Of a stretch of 64,000 bases of DNA, positions 9,737-19,359 are shown one piece after another. Source of the stretch: an uncultured Leptotrichia sp. (lineage in GTDB: Bacteria > Fusobacteriota > Fusobacteriia > Fusobacteriales > Leptotrichiaceae). The stretch is taken from positions 1 to 64,000 of the forward strand of contig CAURGH010000006.1 in assembly GCA_963524305.1 (NCBI GenBank). The letters are read 5' to 3'. The notes under the pieces are model-generated. The model saw only the letters and a program-made list of their open reading frames with translations, had not been told where the DNA came from and did no database searches. Position numbers and translations under genes: made by a program. Position 1 is the stretch's first letter; the number at the start of each line of letters is the position of its first letter.

Positions 9737-11083
9737 GTGGAAATAAATACACAAATTTATGGAATAGCCAAGACAATTGTAACGAGGAGAAAAAATTCCA
9801 GAGATAAAAATAGATTTTATAAAATTTTGATAGCGTTGACCCTAATGATTGTGATGGTGTCTTGTGGAAAGAAAGATAATGAAGCTGAATATGAAGTTAC
9901 AGCTGTGCAATCAGGAGATATTTCATTATCAGTATCAAAAACAGGACAAGTTGTGTCAGATAATGTAATGTCTGTTTATACGACGGCAAGTCAAAGAGTT
10001 AGTAAAGTATTTTTTAAAGAAGGGGATAATGTAAAAAAGGGAGATGTTGTTGTAACGTTTTATCCAGTTGATAAGAATGAAACTTTGAGAAGAATACAAA
10101 TGAAAAATTTAGAGATACAAAAATATGAACGAAATCTAGCTGATGCTCAAAGTGCGCTCAGAAGAAAAAAAGAATCTCAAAGTTTAGCGATTCAGCAAAA
10201 GTCAAGGGATTTGCATAATGCTGAAGAACTGTATAAGGTTGGTGGAGAAACTAGAGTTAATGTGGATGATGCGAGAAAGGCTCTGAGAAATTCTAGATTA
10301 GATTTAGATAATGTTGATAGTGAGCAAAGAGCTAATATAGAAGATGCAAGAACATCCCTAAAAACTGCAAAATTAGAATTAGCAACATTGAAAGAAGATT
10401 TGGCATTAATAAAAAATGAGATAACAAGTCCAGTAGATGGTGTTATTACAGAAATGACAGCTGATGAAAATTATAAAGTAAATACAGAAACAACTTTATT
10501 TAAGGTGTCGGATGCACAAAATATGAGAATAGAAGTGAGTCTGTCAGATACAGAAGTAAAAAATGTAGAAGTAGGTCAAAGAGTGGAAATTACGTCGGAT
10601 ATTTTGCCTAATGGAGAAAAATTAGAGGGATACGTGTCACAAATTTCTGGAGTAGCTAAAAAAAATTCATCACTTGATGAAAGTGATACGGTTGTGAAAA
10701 TCAAAATGAATGAAACTAAAGGATTGAAGCCAGGTGTTACGATAAAAGCAACAATTTTTTATAAAGAGATTAAAAATATAACAAAACTGCCATATAGCTC
10801 TGTTATTAATGAAAATGGTAAATATTATGTTTTTGTCGTAGGGAAAGGTAATAAAGTTTCTAAAAGAGAAGTGAAAGTAGGATTAAATGATGATTCATAT
10901 TATGAAATTATTTCTGGAGTATCATTGGGAGAAAAGGTAATTACTGTTGCAGATGAGAATCTTAAAGATGGACAGAAAATAAAAATCACTGATCCAAAAA
11001 AGCACAAAGATAAAAATCTCCAAAAGATGAAAAAAGATAATAAACCAAGACAAGGAGGAGGACCTGGAGGACCACCAAGATAG
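9737..11083 (+). CDS. HlyD/MacA-family periplasmic adaptor subunit. GTG start. It has an unusual C-terminal Gly/Pro tail, PRQGGGPGGPPR.
   Basis: N-terminal TM anchor, coiled-coil hairpin and beta-barrel-like segments typical of membrane fusion proteins. Confidence 0.7.
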   Translation: MEINTQIYGIAKTIVTRRKNSRDKNRFYKILIALTLMIVMVSCGKKDNEAEYEVTAVQSGDISLSVSKTGQVVSDNVMSVYTTASQRVSKVFFKEGDNVKKGDVVVTFYPVDKNETLRRIQMKNLEIQKYERNLADAQSALRRKKESQSLAIQQKSRDLHNAEELYKVGGETRVNVDDARKALRNSRLDLDNVDSEQRANIEDARTSLKTAKLELATLKEDLALIKNEITSPVDGVITEMTADENYKVNTETTLFKVSDAQNMRIEVSLSDTEVKNVEVGQRVEITSDILPNGEKLEGYVSQISGVAKKNSSLDESDTVVKIKMNETKGLKPGVTIKATIFYKEIKNITKLPYSSVINENGKYYVFVVGKGNKVSKREVKVGLNDDSYYEIISGVSLGEKVITVADENLKDGQKIKITDPKKHKDKNLQKMKKDNKPRQGGGPGGPPR

Positions 11084-11117
11084 TTTTTAAAATTATTTTG
11101 AATTTAGGGAAATTTAT

Positions 11118-11810
11118 ATGATAAAAGTAAGCGATATTGTGAAAATATATAAAAATGGGAATATAGAATTAAAGGTTTTAAAAGGATTGAATCTAGAGGT
11201 TAAGGAAGGAGAATATGTTGCTTTCATGGGGCCTTCTGGAAGTGGTAAATCAACGCTTATGAATATTTTGGGCTGTCTTGATAGTCTTACATCTGGAACT
11301 TATATTTTAGATGGTCAAGATGTTTCAACGATAAAAGGGGATGCACTTGCTGAAGTAAGAAATAAAAAAATAGGTTTTGTATTTCAAACTTTTAATTTAT
11401 TACCAAAAATGACAGCAGTTGAAAATGTGGCTCTTCCAGCACTTTATGCAGGAGTGAAAAAGGCTGAACGTATAAAAAGAGCAACAGAAGCACTAGAAAG
11501 TGTGGGTCTTGGAGAAAGAATCCATCATAAGCCAAACGAAATGTCTGGAGGTCAAAGGCAAAGAGTTGCGATTGCAAGGGCGATAATTAATAATCCGAAA
11601 ATTCTTTTGGCAGATGAGCCAACTGGAAATTTGGATTCAAAATCTGGAGAAGAAGTTTTGGAAATTTTTAAGAAGCTTAATGATAATGGAACGACCATTG
11701 TAATGGTTACACACGAGGAAGATGTTGCGGAACATTGTAAGAGAATTATTAGATTAAAAGATGGTGTTATAGAAAAAGATGAGATTGTTCAGCATAGGAG
11801 AGGAGTGTAG
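11118..11810 (+). CDS. ABC transporter ATP-binding protein of the MacB/LolD type
   Basis: Walker A GPSGSGKST. ABC signature LSGGQRQRVAIARA. Walker B ILLADEPTGNLD. Confidence 0.9.
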   Translation: MIKVSDIVKIYKNGNIELKVLKGLNLEVKEGEYVAFMGPSGSGKSTLMNILGCLDSLTSGTYILDGQDVSTIKGDALAEVRNKKIGFVFQTFNLLPKMTAVENVALPALYAGVKKAERIKRATEALESVGLGERIHHKPNEMSGGQRQRVAIARAIINNPKILLADEPTGNLDSKSGEEVLEIFKKLNDNGTTIVMVTHEEDVAEHCKRIIRLKDGVIEKDEIVQHRRGV

Positions 11811-11815
11811 TAGAA

Positions 11816-13027
11816 ATGGATTTTATAGAATTATTAAAATTATCAGTATCAAATTTATTTAGCTATAAAGTGCGTTCCTTTTTGACGATGCTAGGAATAA
11901 TAATTGGGATATCTTCTGTTGTAATGATGTCATCGCTTGGAGCAGGAGTTAAAGAAAATATTACTGGAGATTTGAATAAACTGGGAGTATCAAACTTTGA
12001 AATATCAATTGATACTTCACCAGGTCAAACTTATAAATCGCAGGATTTATTGACACAAAAAGATATTGCAGAATTGAAGAATATGGAAGGAGTCGAAGCG
12101 GTAACGCCTACATCTAGCACTTTTGCAAGATTATCTACAAATGATGGTTCTGATAAAATGTTTACAGGAACTGGAGTGACAGAAGACTATTTTAAGATGT
12201 CAAACTATACGATAGTAAAAGGAAGAAAATTCTTGCCAAATGAATATAGAAAAGATGGAAGATACATTATAATTGATAACACAACAGAAGATCAAATGTT
12301 TCCTGATGAAAATCCAATAGGGAAAAAATTAACATTAAATTTTAGAAAGAATAGTGAAACAGTTACGATTGTAGGAGTATTTAAAAATCCATATTCCAGC
12401 ATGGGAGGTGGAGATCAGATGCCTTCGATGGGCCTTTTACCAAATAATTATTTAAATTATTTGGAAGGAAATGAGCAAGATAAATTTACTGCATTACAAG
12501 TAAAAGCTACAGATGCTAATGAGATGAGCAGAGTAATGGAAATCGTAAAAGAAAAAATGAAAACTCGTGGAAGTGAAACTGATACTTATAGCGTGAATTC
12601 AACGAGTCAAGGATTAGATGAATTTAATAATATTCTTAATATGCTTTCACTTTTTATAAGTGGAGTAGCTGCCATTTCACTTTTTGTAGGCGGAATTGGG
12701 GTTATGAATATAATGCTTGTAAGTGTTACAGAGAGAATTAGAGAGGTTGGTTTAAGAAAAGCAATTGGAGCCAAGACAATTCATATTCTTATACAATTTT
12801 TGATAGAAGCTGTAATTTTAACATTTTTTGGAGGAATAGTTGGAGTAATTATCGGATATTTACTAGCTTTATTAATAGGAATTTTTATAAAAACAACACC
12901 GATATTAAGTCCTGTAATAGTATTTGTATGTATATTTGTTTCAACAATGATAGGTTTAGTATTTGGAGTTTATCCAGCTAAAAAAGCTGCTGCATTGGAA
13001 CCGATGGAAGCGTTGAGAACTGATTAA
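11816..13027 (+). CDS. ABC transporter permease of the FtsX/MacB family
   Basis: N-terminal TM segment, large periplasmic domain and three C-terminal TM segments. Adjacent to the ATPase. Confidence 0.8.
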   Translation: MDFIELLKLSVSNLFSYKVRSFLTMLGIIIGISSVVMMSSLGAGVKENITGDLNKLGVSNFEISIDTSPGQTYKSQDLLTQKDIAELKNMEGVEAVTPTSSTFARLSTNDGSDKMFTGTGVTEDYFKMSNYTIVKGRKFLPNEYRKDGRYIIIDNTTEDQMFPDENPIGKKLTLNFRKNSETVTIVGVFKNPYSSMGGGDQMPSMGLLPNNYLNYLEGNEQDKFTALQVKATDANEMSRVMEIVKEKMKTRGSETDTYSVNSTSQGLDEFNNILNMLSLFISGVAAISLFVGGIGVMNIMLVSVTERIREVGLRKAIGAKTIHILIQFLIEAVILTFFGGIVGVIIGYLLALLIGIFIKTTPILSPVIVFVCIFVSTMIGLVFGVYPAKKAAALEPMEALRTD

Positions 13028-13044
13028 TTAAATAAAATAATAAT

Positions 13045-13126
13045 AAAAAATTCGATATGCATAAGTTACTGAAAGCTAGAATTAATTTAATTTTCTAGTA
13101 AAAATGTTTATCGAATTTTTATTTTT
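13045..13126. repeat. about 82-bp palindromic element, copy A. The outer inverted repeat is AAAATTCGATA...TATCGAATTTT and the inner one is CTAGAA...TTCTAG. It is 98% identical to the copy at 18251-18335.
   Basis: Sequence comparison by eye. Nested inverted repeats. Confidence 0.8.
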
Positions 13127-13154
13127 GGAGTGTACCAAAAACCGATGAATTTAA

Positions 13155-13700
13155 AATGTTAATTTTAGAATTGCTGGAAGAAGGAAGAACAAAAAAATCA
13201 TTAGAAAATGGGTAAGTGATATAACATATATTTGGACAAAAAAGGACGGATGGCACTATTTATCAAGTATAATGGATTTGTACAGCAGAAGAATAATATC
13301 ACATAAGGTTGGAAAATTTATGGATATAAAATTAGTGATGGACACCTTAAAAATGGCGATATATAAAAGAGGGGATACAACTAATCTAATAATACATACA
13401 GATAGAGGAAGCCAGTATATGAGTAAAGAATATCGTAAATTTTGTGTAGAAAAAGGTATAATCATATCTTATAGTAGAAAAGGGAATCCTTATGATAATG
13501 CCTGTATAGAATCATTCCATGCAACATTGAGAAAAAAGAATATGTACATAATGAAAAATTTGAAAATTTAGAAAGTTTAAGAACTAGAATATACAAGTAT
13601 ATAGAAATATGGTATAATAATAGCAAAATACACAATAAAATAGGATTTATAAGTCCAAATGAATACGAAGAAAATCGTAAAGAAAGGAAACAAAGAAAGT
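13155..13700 (+). pseudogene. IS3-family transposase (OrfB, rve/DDE integrase core) remnant. It is 5'-truncated and frameshifted near 13550.
   Basis: The peptide WVSDITYIWTKKDGWHYLSSIMDLYSRRIISHKVG...DRGSQYMSKEYRKFCVEKGIIISYSRKGNPYDNACIESFHATLRKK shows IS3 OrfB signatures. The C-terminal tail YIEIWYNNSKIHNKIGFISPNEYE is in another frame. Confidence 0.8.
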
Positions 13701-13721
13701 GCTTAAAAATAGTCTAAATTT

Positions 13722-14075
13722 TTGAGGGCACTCCAAAATAGTCTTTCTGAATTTAATAACCTAGAAAGAAAAGCAAGTTCTGAGAAAAAGTTTATTGAGA
13801 AGCAATTAGAAAAATATTGTAATGCTGAAAGATGTGTTAGTTCAGAAGAATTAGCAACTTCAGGTATAGGAAAACAATGGAATAAACAAATTACTAATGA
13901 AAATATATTAACAAATGAATTAAAAAATAGATTTCCAGAATTGAAGGAAAAAGGTCTTATAAATCAAAATATAAATCAAGAAGATTTAAACTATAGGAGA
14001 GTAATGTATTTTTCTCCTGTAAATAATACCTTTAATGGATTGAAAAAAATAGAGATTAAGGAAGGTGCAAAATGA
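13722..14075 (+). CDS. putative toxin C-terminal module of about 117 aa. Its alternative start codon is doubtful, and it ends in an ATGA overlap with the next gene.
   Basis: Translational coupling to a downstream small secreted protein. Placed inside a cassette island. Confidence 0.35.
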   Translation: MRALQNSLSEFNNLERKASSEKKFIEKQLEKYCNAERCVSSEELATSGIGKQWNKQITNENILTNELKNRFPELKEKGLINQNINQEDLNYRRVMYFSPVNNTFNGLKKIEIKEGAK

Positions 14076-14818
14076 AAAAATTTTCAGCAATAATTATTTC
14101 TTTAACATTATTTTTATTATTTGGAAATGTGAGCTATTCTTGGCAATCTATGTATTTAAATAGCTTGAGTTACTATGATTTTTTTAGAGGAGAACCACCA
14201 GAACCTTCTGAAGGCTATGGATATATTTTGAATAAAGAGAACGAAGATGAATTAGTTTTTTATTTTAAATTGTTTCCACTAAAATCTAAAATAGATTCTA
14301 TGGAATCACTAGTAAAAGAAAAAGTTTTAAAATGTTTTACTTTAGAAAATATTGACAATTATTATAATTCTTTTTATGTGAAATATAAAAATCAGGTATA
14401 CTGGAAAATGAATTATGGATATGGAAAATGGATTATAAGAAAAAATAGTAAACAAGTAGAATTACACTGGTTTTCATTTGATGAAAATGGCGAAAAACAA
14501 GAAAAAAAATACGTGAAAAGTGTAATGGATTCTAAAAACAAATATTCTTCAATAATTCTAAATTTATTAACTTCTATAGATCTGAGCAATGAAAGAGGAG
14601 CATATATGAGTCCTACTTCTTTAGATGAAGTAACGATATTTACTTCTAAGAAAATAATTTCAAAAAGCTCTTATTCTCTTAGTATAGAAGAACGAAGATT
14701 ATATAAAGAATTATTAAAATTATTTAAAGATGAATTACCAAAAGACTTTTTTGAAGAATACAATGATATTCAAGAAAGAAATTTTAAAAGGATGAGCGAA
14801 AAATTTAAAATCTATTAA
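14072..14818 (+). CDS. secreted or periplasmic hypothetical protein, candidate immunity protein. It has a signal peptide.
   Basis: N-terminal signal sequence MKKFSAIIISLTLFLLFGNVSYS. ATGA overlap with the upstream ORF. Confidence 0.4.
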   Translation: MKKFSAIIISLTLFLLFGNVSYSWQSMYLNSLSYYDFFRGEPPEPSEGYGYILNKENEDELVFYFKLFPLKSKIDSMESLVKEKVLKCFTLENIDNYYNSFYVKYKNQVYWKMNYGYGKWIIRKNSKQVELHWFSFDENGEKQEKKYVKSVMDSKNKYSSIILNLLTSIDLSNERGAYMSPTSLDEVTIFTSKKIISKSSYSLSIEERRLYKELLKLFKDELPKDFFEEYNDIQERNFKRMSEKFKIY

Positions 14819-14820
14819 GA

Positions 14821-15005
14821 GAGTGTACAGAATTTTGTGTAAACTCAAAATATAGTATATGGTAAAACAACTATGTAATATTTGGAGGTTTTTGTTATGG
14901 ATAAAAAGAAATTTGTCTGTTAAGATATAGTTATATATTTAATAATCTGAACAGAAGAAGTGGAATCTGTTTATAAATAGAGGTTTAAAACAAGGTGTGG
15001 AAATA
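14821..15005. repeat. junction repeat family R, copy 1, about 185 bp. It contains GGAGGTTTTTGTTATGG and ends in TATAAATAGAGGTTTAAAACAAGGTGTGGAAAT.
   Basis: Recurs at 15655-15742 (partial) and 24560-24808. Confidence 0.75.
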
Positions 15006-15102
15006 ATTATCAAAAAACCAGAAATCCAGATTATTATGTTAAACCAAGAAGAGTTGAATTATTACCTGAAATAAAAAATTTATGGAAAAGTGGTAAATAA
15101 AA

Positions 15103-15381
15103 ATGACAAAGGATGATAAAAATGGCATTAAAAGTGTAGTTTGCCTATTTATTTTATATAATATTTCAGAAATTTTTCGAGTAGATTATCTCGTTACTAA
15201 AAATAAAAATTATTTAATTTTATCTATTTTTTTCTTACTATTAATTGAAATATATTTTATAAGAAAAATTATTTATTATTTAAGAAAAAAACGATTAAAA
15301 ATCGGATGGAGTTATTATTATATTATTGTTGTTTTAATAATAACTACAATTATATTTTATAGATTATTTTTCATTTTTTAA
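15103..15381 (+). CDS. small two-TM membrane protein, candidate immunity protein
   Basis: ORF track. Hydrophobic. It follows a short start-less reading frame, RFKTRCGNNYQKTRNPDYYVKPRRVELLPEIKNLWKSGK, that runs out of repeat copy 1. Confidence 0.35.
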   Translation: MTKDDKNGIKSVVCLFILYNISEIFRVDYLVTKNKNYLILSIFFLLLIEIYFIRKIIYYLRKKRLKIGWSYYYIIVVLIITTIIFYRLFFIF

Positions 15382-15654
15382 TGATCCTATAAAATACTTA
15401 AATGGAGTTGTAGAAAATCCGAATAAAATGTTAGGAATATTAGCTAAAGCTGTGGTTGAAAAAAGATTTGATAAAAATCTTATAAAAAAATTTGAAGAGT
15501 ATGGGGAAATATCTGATTTAAGTTTAAAAAACCCTAAGAAATATCATGCACAAAAATTAAAAATTGAAATAGATATTTAAAAAAAAATAAATAAAATACT
15601 GGAGTATACCCAAAATCTTGGACAAATAAATTGAAAACTAGTTTTCTATTTGTT

Positions 15655-15742
15655 AAAATATAGTTATAGAAATATTTAATAGTCTGAACAGAAAAAGTGA
15701 AAGTTGCTTATAAATAGAGGTTTAAAGCAAGGTGTGGAAATG
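15655..15742. repeat. junction repeat family R, copy 2, which lacks the 5' half
   Basis: Alignment by eye to copies 1 and 3. Confidence 0.7.
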
Positions 15743-16254
15743 AGATAGCAGATACCTTCAAGGATGCCTATAAGGATTTAGGATATGACATAAACATCAT
15801 ATTTTCAGATTCTAAAAATTCTCCACAATTATTAGATGAGAAAGGAAATCCAAAAACAGGAACAGCATATGTTGATGATTATGGAGTTAAAACAATAATA
15901 ATCAATGCACAAGATAAAGATGAAAATATAAAATGGGAAGAAAGTCCAAAGTGGTTAGAAGCAGAACATAAAGTTTTTGAAATACCAATTATAGAAGTAG
16001 TAACTAATAAAGTAACAACAATAGAAAACTTTAAAGCTAATTTAGATAAAAATTTTGAATATTTAAATAACAAAATATTAGAATATAAGAATAAGTGTCC
16101 TAATAGTTTTTGTTATGATGGAGAAGAAACTGCAACTATTGTAAATGTTATAAAAAATAGATCTGATCTTATGCGAAAATTTAATGAAAATTTATTTAGA
16201 GAAAAAAGAGGAATGAATAGAAGAATATCACATGATGCGGAGATAAAAAAATGA
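15715..16254 (+). CDS. start-less toxin-like C-terminal module of about 180 aa, RFKARCGNEIADTFKDAYKDLGYDINIIFSDS...NRRISHDAEIKK. It has no in-frame start codon for about 150 codons. It begins inside repeat copy 2 and ends in an ATGA overlap with the next ORF.
   Basis: Manual translation. The open reading frame has no start codon. Orphan-cassette architecture. Confidence 0.45.
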
Positions 16255-16529
16255 GAAGAGTTATTTTATTAATAATATTATCAATAAATATTATGTATTG
16301 TAAAGAAATAAAAATATTTGGCAGAATACCTGATTATTCTTATGATGAAACAATAATCAATCAGATTTTTTGCAGTCCAGATAATGAAGATTGTTTAAAA
16401 AATCTAACAACAGGTAATGTACCATTATATTATGATGGAAAAACAAATACTTTTATTCATAATGTATATGATCATTATACTACGTATTATTCGTATGATT
16501 TCGTTTTAAAATCTAAAAATTATTGTTGA
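16251..16529 (+). CDS. small secreted hypothetical protein, candidate immunity protein
   Basis: Hydrophobic N-terminus. Translationally coupled to the upstream module. Confidence 0.4.
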   Translation: MRRVILLIILSINIMYCKEIKIFGRIPDYSYDETIINQIFCSPDNEDCLKNLTTGNVPLYYDGKTNTFIHNVYDHYTTYYSYDFVLKSKNYC

Positions 16530-16653
16530 AAAAAAAGCTCAGATATATTTTAGGAAAAACAATTATCCAGAAATTCATTGTTTAAATAATTTAGATGAAG
16601 AGTCAAAATCAAAAGTATTAAATTTTTTTTCATTTGACATTGAAAAATATTAT

Positions 16654-17040
16654 ATGAATTTATATCCAACTTGCATAATAAAGAAAGATAAAGAAAGTAA
16701 TATTTTGTTTGGAAAATGGGAAATTGAAAATAATAAAGTCTCCCTTGAACTACATTATAATAATTTTGAAATAAGAAAAATATCTAAAAAAAATAATGAA
16801 ATATTTAAGATTATAGAAAAAATTGATTCAATAAAGCAAGAAGAAGGTTATTATTGGGTTCCAGATTATAATTTTGAATATACAATATTTACTCCTAATA
16901 AAATATTGCATAAAAAAGATAGCAGTCTTTCTGAAGATGAAGAAAAATTGATTAAGACTTTAAAAATATTATTTGAAAATGAATTTCTAAAAGAATATTG
17001 GTGTAAATCAAGAATTTTTAATAGTTGTACTAAAAAATAA
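16654..17040 (+). CDS. hypothetical protein. The frame is also open upstream without an ATG.
   Basis: ORF track. Confidence 0.35.
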   Translation: MNLYPTCIIKKDKESNILFGKWEIENNKVSLELHYNNFEIRKISKKNNEIFKIIEKIDSIKQEEGYYWVPDYNFEYTIFTPNKILHKKDSSLSEDEEKLIKTLKILFENEFLKEYWCKSRIFNSCTKK

Positions 17041-17682
17041 GCAGGTAAAAAGTTCTGTTGTAGGATTGGCTAATAATCAAGGAAATAGTTAAGGTCAAGT
17101 AAAGTTGATTTTGGGGAAAATGTAGGATATGATATTGGATTATTTCATGGTGGAGGAGCAGGAACTTTTTATGTAAATAATAAGAGATTTTCTGAAGATA
17201 TTGTTTCTCAAAGTGAAATAATGCATTTAAAAACTAGATTGGAAATAGGACAAATATTTACTGATGCTTGTGGGTTAAACATAACTTTTAGAGGAGCAAC
17301 TATAGTAGGACATATTAAAATTGTAGTTTCTAAACCAAATAACAAAGGAGAACAGTTTGTAATGATAACTAGATACACGAGAATAGCAGATAATTTTTCA
17401 AAACCTTATGATTTAATAGATGGATTTCCATTTCCATTTAAAGCTGGAGGAAATGCATATGGTTTAATGAGTGACTATGAAAAGCATAACCTATTTCCTG
17501 AAGAATTAAGATATTTAGTAAAAGGGAAATCTCCAACAAAAATAAAAAATGAAATAAAAAATTCCATGAATATAAGTAAAAATAATGAAATTAATAACAT
17601 AAATAAAATAGATCCTTGGGAATACAATCATTTTTTAAAAGATATGAAAAAGAGAGCAGCTAAGAAAAGAGGTAAAAAATGA
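17000..17682 (+). CDS. start-less toxin-like module of about 225 aa. It contains VGLANNQGNSLRSSKVDFGENVGYDIGLFHGGGAGTFYV and then a variable C-terminal domain. The track ORF 17221..17682 is its 3' part.
   Basis: The frame stays open about 220 nt upstream of the annotated ATG. ATGA overlap with the downstream small membrane protein. Confidence 0.4.
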
Positions 17683-18227
17683 TAAAAAAAAACAGTAAAT
17701 ATCTTTTTTTGTTTATTTTAGTGTTTGGTATTCTTTACACTTATATTATAATAGGAGAAGAATATATTCGAAATACTTATATGTACATAAACAAATATTA
17801 TATATTAAGTAATTTTGGATGGGGCAATAACTCAAGTTCAATTTTTTTAAAAATAGTAAATAAAGAAAATTACAATATCTGTATTGTTGTAAAAAAAATT
17901 TCTGATTATGAAGATAAATACCTCATAGGAGAAGTTGGAACAGATAAATATGCTTATCTTGATTGTAAAAAAGAATTAAAATATAAAGGTTATTTTTATA
18001 TAAACTATGATAATGAAAACGAAGCTAAATTTAACTTAACAGAGGAAGAGATTAAAAATAAATTTCCTGGAAAAATAAAGTATTTAAAAGCACAAAAATT
18101 TTTAAACCTTTATGGAGAAGGAGATATAGGACAACCAAAAGAGGTAGCAATCGTGGGAATATTTCTTTGGACAATAATAATAATATTTTTAATAATAATT
18201 ATAAAATCAATATTAAAATATATCTAA
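17679..18227 (+). CDS. membrane-anchored hypothetical protein, candidate immunity protein
   Basis: TM helices at the N- and C-termini. Coupled to the upstream module. Confidence 0.4.
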   Translation: MIKKNSKYLFLFILVFGILYTYIIIGEEYIRNTYMYINKYYILSNFGWGNNSSSIFLKIVNKENYNICIVVKKISDYEDKYLIGEVGTDKYAYLDCKKELKYKGYFYINYDNENEAKFNLTEEEIKNKFPGKIKYLKAQKFLNLYGEGDIGQPKEVAIVGIFLWTIIIIFLIIIIKSILKYI

Positions 18228-18250
18228 AATTTTTACACACCCATATACTC

Positions 18251-18335
18251 AAAAAATTCGATATGCATAAGTTACTGAAAGCTAAAATTAATTTAATTTT
18301 CTAGTAAAAATGTTTATCGAATTTTTATTTTTTAT
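18251..18335. repeat. about 82-bp palindromic element, copy B. It probably acts as a bidirectional terminator between convergent genes.
   Basis: Near-identical to 13045-13126. Confidence 0.8.
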
Positions 18336-18368
18336 TTAACACAAATTTAAAGTTATGAGTAAAAAAAT

Positions 18369-19322
18369 TTATATTAATTTTGTACCACATTCTGGACAGA
18401 ATTTTGCACCATTTGTTTTCGTTCCACAGTTTGGACAAAATTTAGGTACATTTTCATTTGAGGTATTTGAATTTGATTGTTGAGTGCCTCCCATTTGGTT
18501 AACCATTTGTTGTCCCACCATCATTCCCATTTGCATTTGAGCCATATCACTTGCGACACCGCTAGTATTTCCATTAGCCATTGAATCAGCCATTGCCATT
18601 TGAGTGTATTTGTTTACATCGCCAACCATGCTTTGTGCAGCTGCTTTTTCTTGCATTTTCTTAATTTCTTCTGGATAATTAAAGCTAGAAACAGCAAAAT
18701 TAGTAACAGAAAGACCAATTTTTCTCATTTCTAAATCTAAATCTGATTGAATTCCAGAACCAATTTCATGAGCATTTACTTGAAGATTAAACATATCTTT
18801 ACCTTCACGAACAATCCATTTCATAAGCAACTGATCAAGCATAGACATTACTCTTTCTTTAATATCTTCGATATCATATTGTCTTTGAACTCCTGAAATT
18901 TTTTCAATCAATATTTGATAATCGTCAACTTTGCAAGACATAGTTCCAAAAGCTCTAATTGGCATTCCACCTGGAAGACCAGCCGCTGGAATATTTATTG
19001 CATTTTTTGTTCCCCATTTTAAAGTTAATTCTTTAGTATTTATGAAAATTACTTCAGCTCTTAACCCAGAATTGAATCCAAATTTAAATCCTTTCAAAGT
19101 AGATAAAAATGGTACGATATCAGATTGAATATCATATTCTCCATCATCTTCAAAAACACCTTCAATTTTTCCATTATATAAAAAGATAGCATCTTGACCA
19201 GGTTTAAGTATTAGTTTTGATCCTTTTTTTATCTCGTTGTTAGACCATTTCCAAAAAAGCGTATCTTCATTATACTCAGACCATTCAATAACATTTGCTA
19301 ACTGATTTCCAAATAATCCCAT
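18369..19322 (-). CDS. SPFH/Band-7-like protein with a C-terminal double zinc ribbon, KFCPNCGTK...KFCPECGTK
   Basis: CxxC...CxxC at the C-terminus and a Gln/Met-rich linker. Last gene of the psp-like operon. Confidence 0.55.
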   Translation of the reverse strand: MGLFGNQLANVIEWSEYNEDTLFWKWSNNEIKKGSKLILKPGQDAIFLYNGKIEGVFEDDGEYDIQSDIVPFLSTLKGFKFGFNSGLRAEVIFINTKELTLKWGTKNAINIPAAGLPGGMPIRAFGTMSCKVDDYQILIEKISGVQRQYDIEDIKERVMSMLDQLLMKWIVREGKDMFNLQVNAHEIGSGIQSDLDLEMRKIGLSVTNFAVSSFNYPEEIKKMQEKAAAQSMVGDVNKYTQMAMADSMANGNTSGVASDMAQMQMGMMVGQQMVNQMGGTQQSNSNTSNENVPKFCPNCGTKTNGAKFCPECGTKLI

Positions 19323-19359
19323 TTTATTTTCCTTTCTTTACAATTATTGCAATTTTAAA

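Noticed and set aside
11392-11577. Minus-strand ORF inside the ABC ATPase gene
   Set aside because: Antisense to a gene with clear Walker and signature motifs.
8186-13030. Looked for cas4/cas1/cas2 downstream of cas3
   Set aside because: The ORFs there are clearly efflux-pump components with ABC and HlyD motifs. No Cas1-like, Cas2-like or RecB-nuclease/Cys-cluster Cas4-like protein is present.
13272-13571. ORF-track call of an intact 99-aa gene
   Set aside because: It is the middle piece of an IS3 OrfB remnant. The reading frame is open upstream without a start, and the C-terminal conserved tail is in another frame. Treated as a pseudogene.
15879-16073. Minus-strand ORF of 64 aa within the 15715-16254 module
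   Set aside because: Antisense to a longer open frame that is structurally consistent with the cassette layout, and low-complexity.
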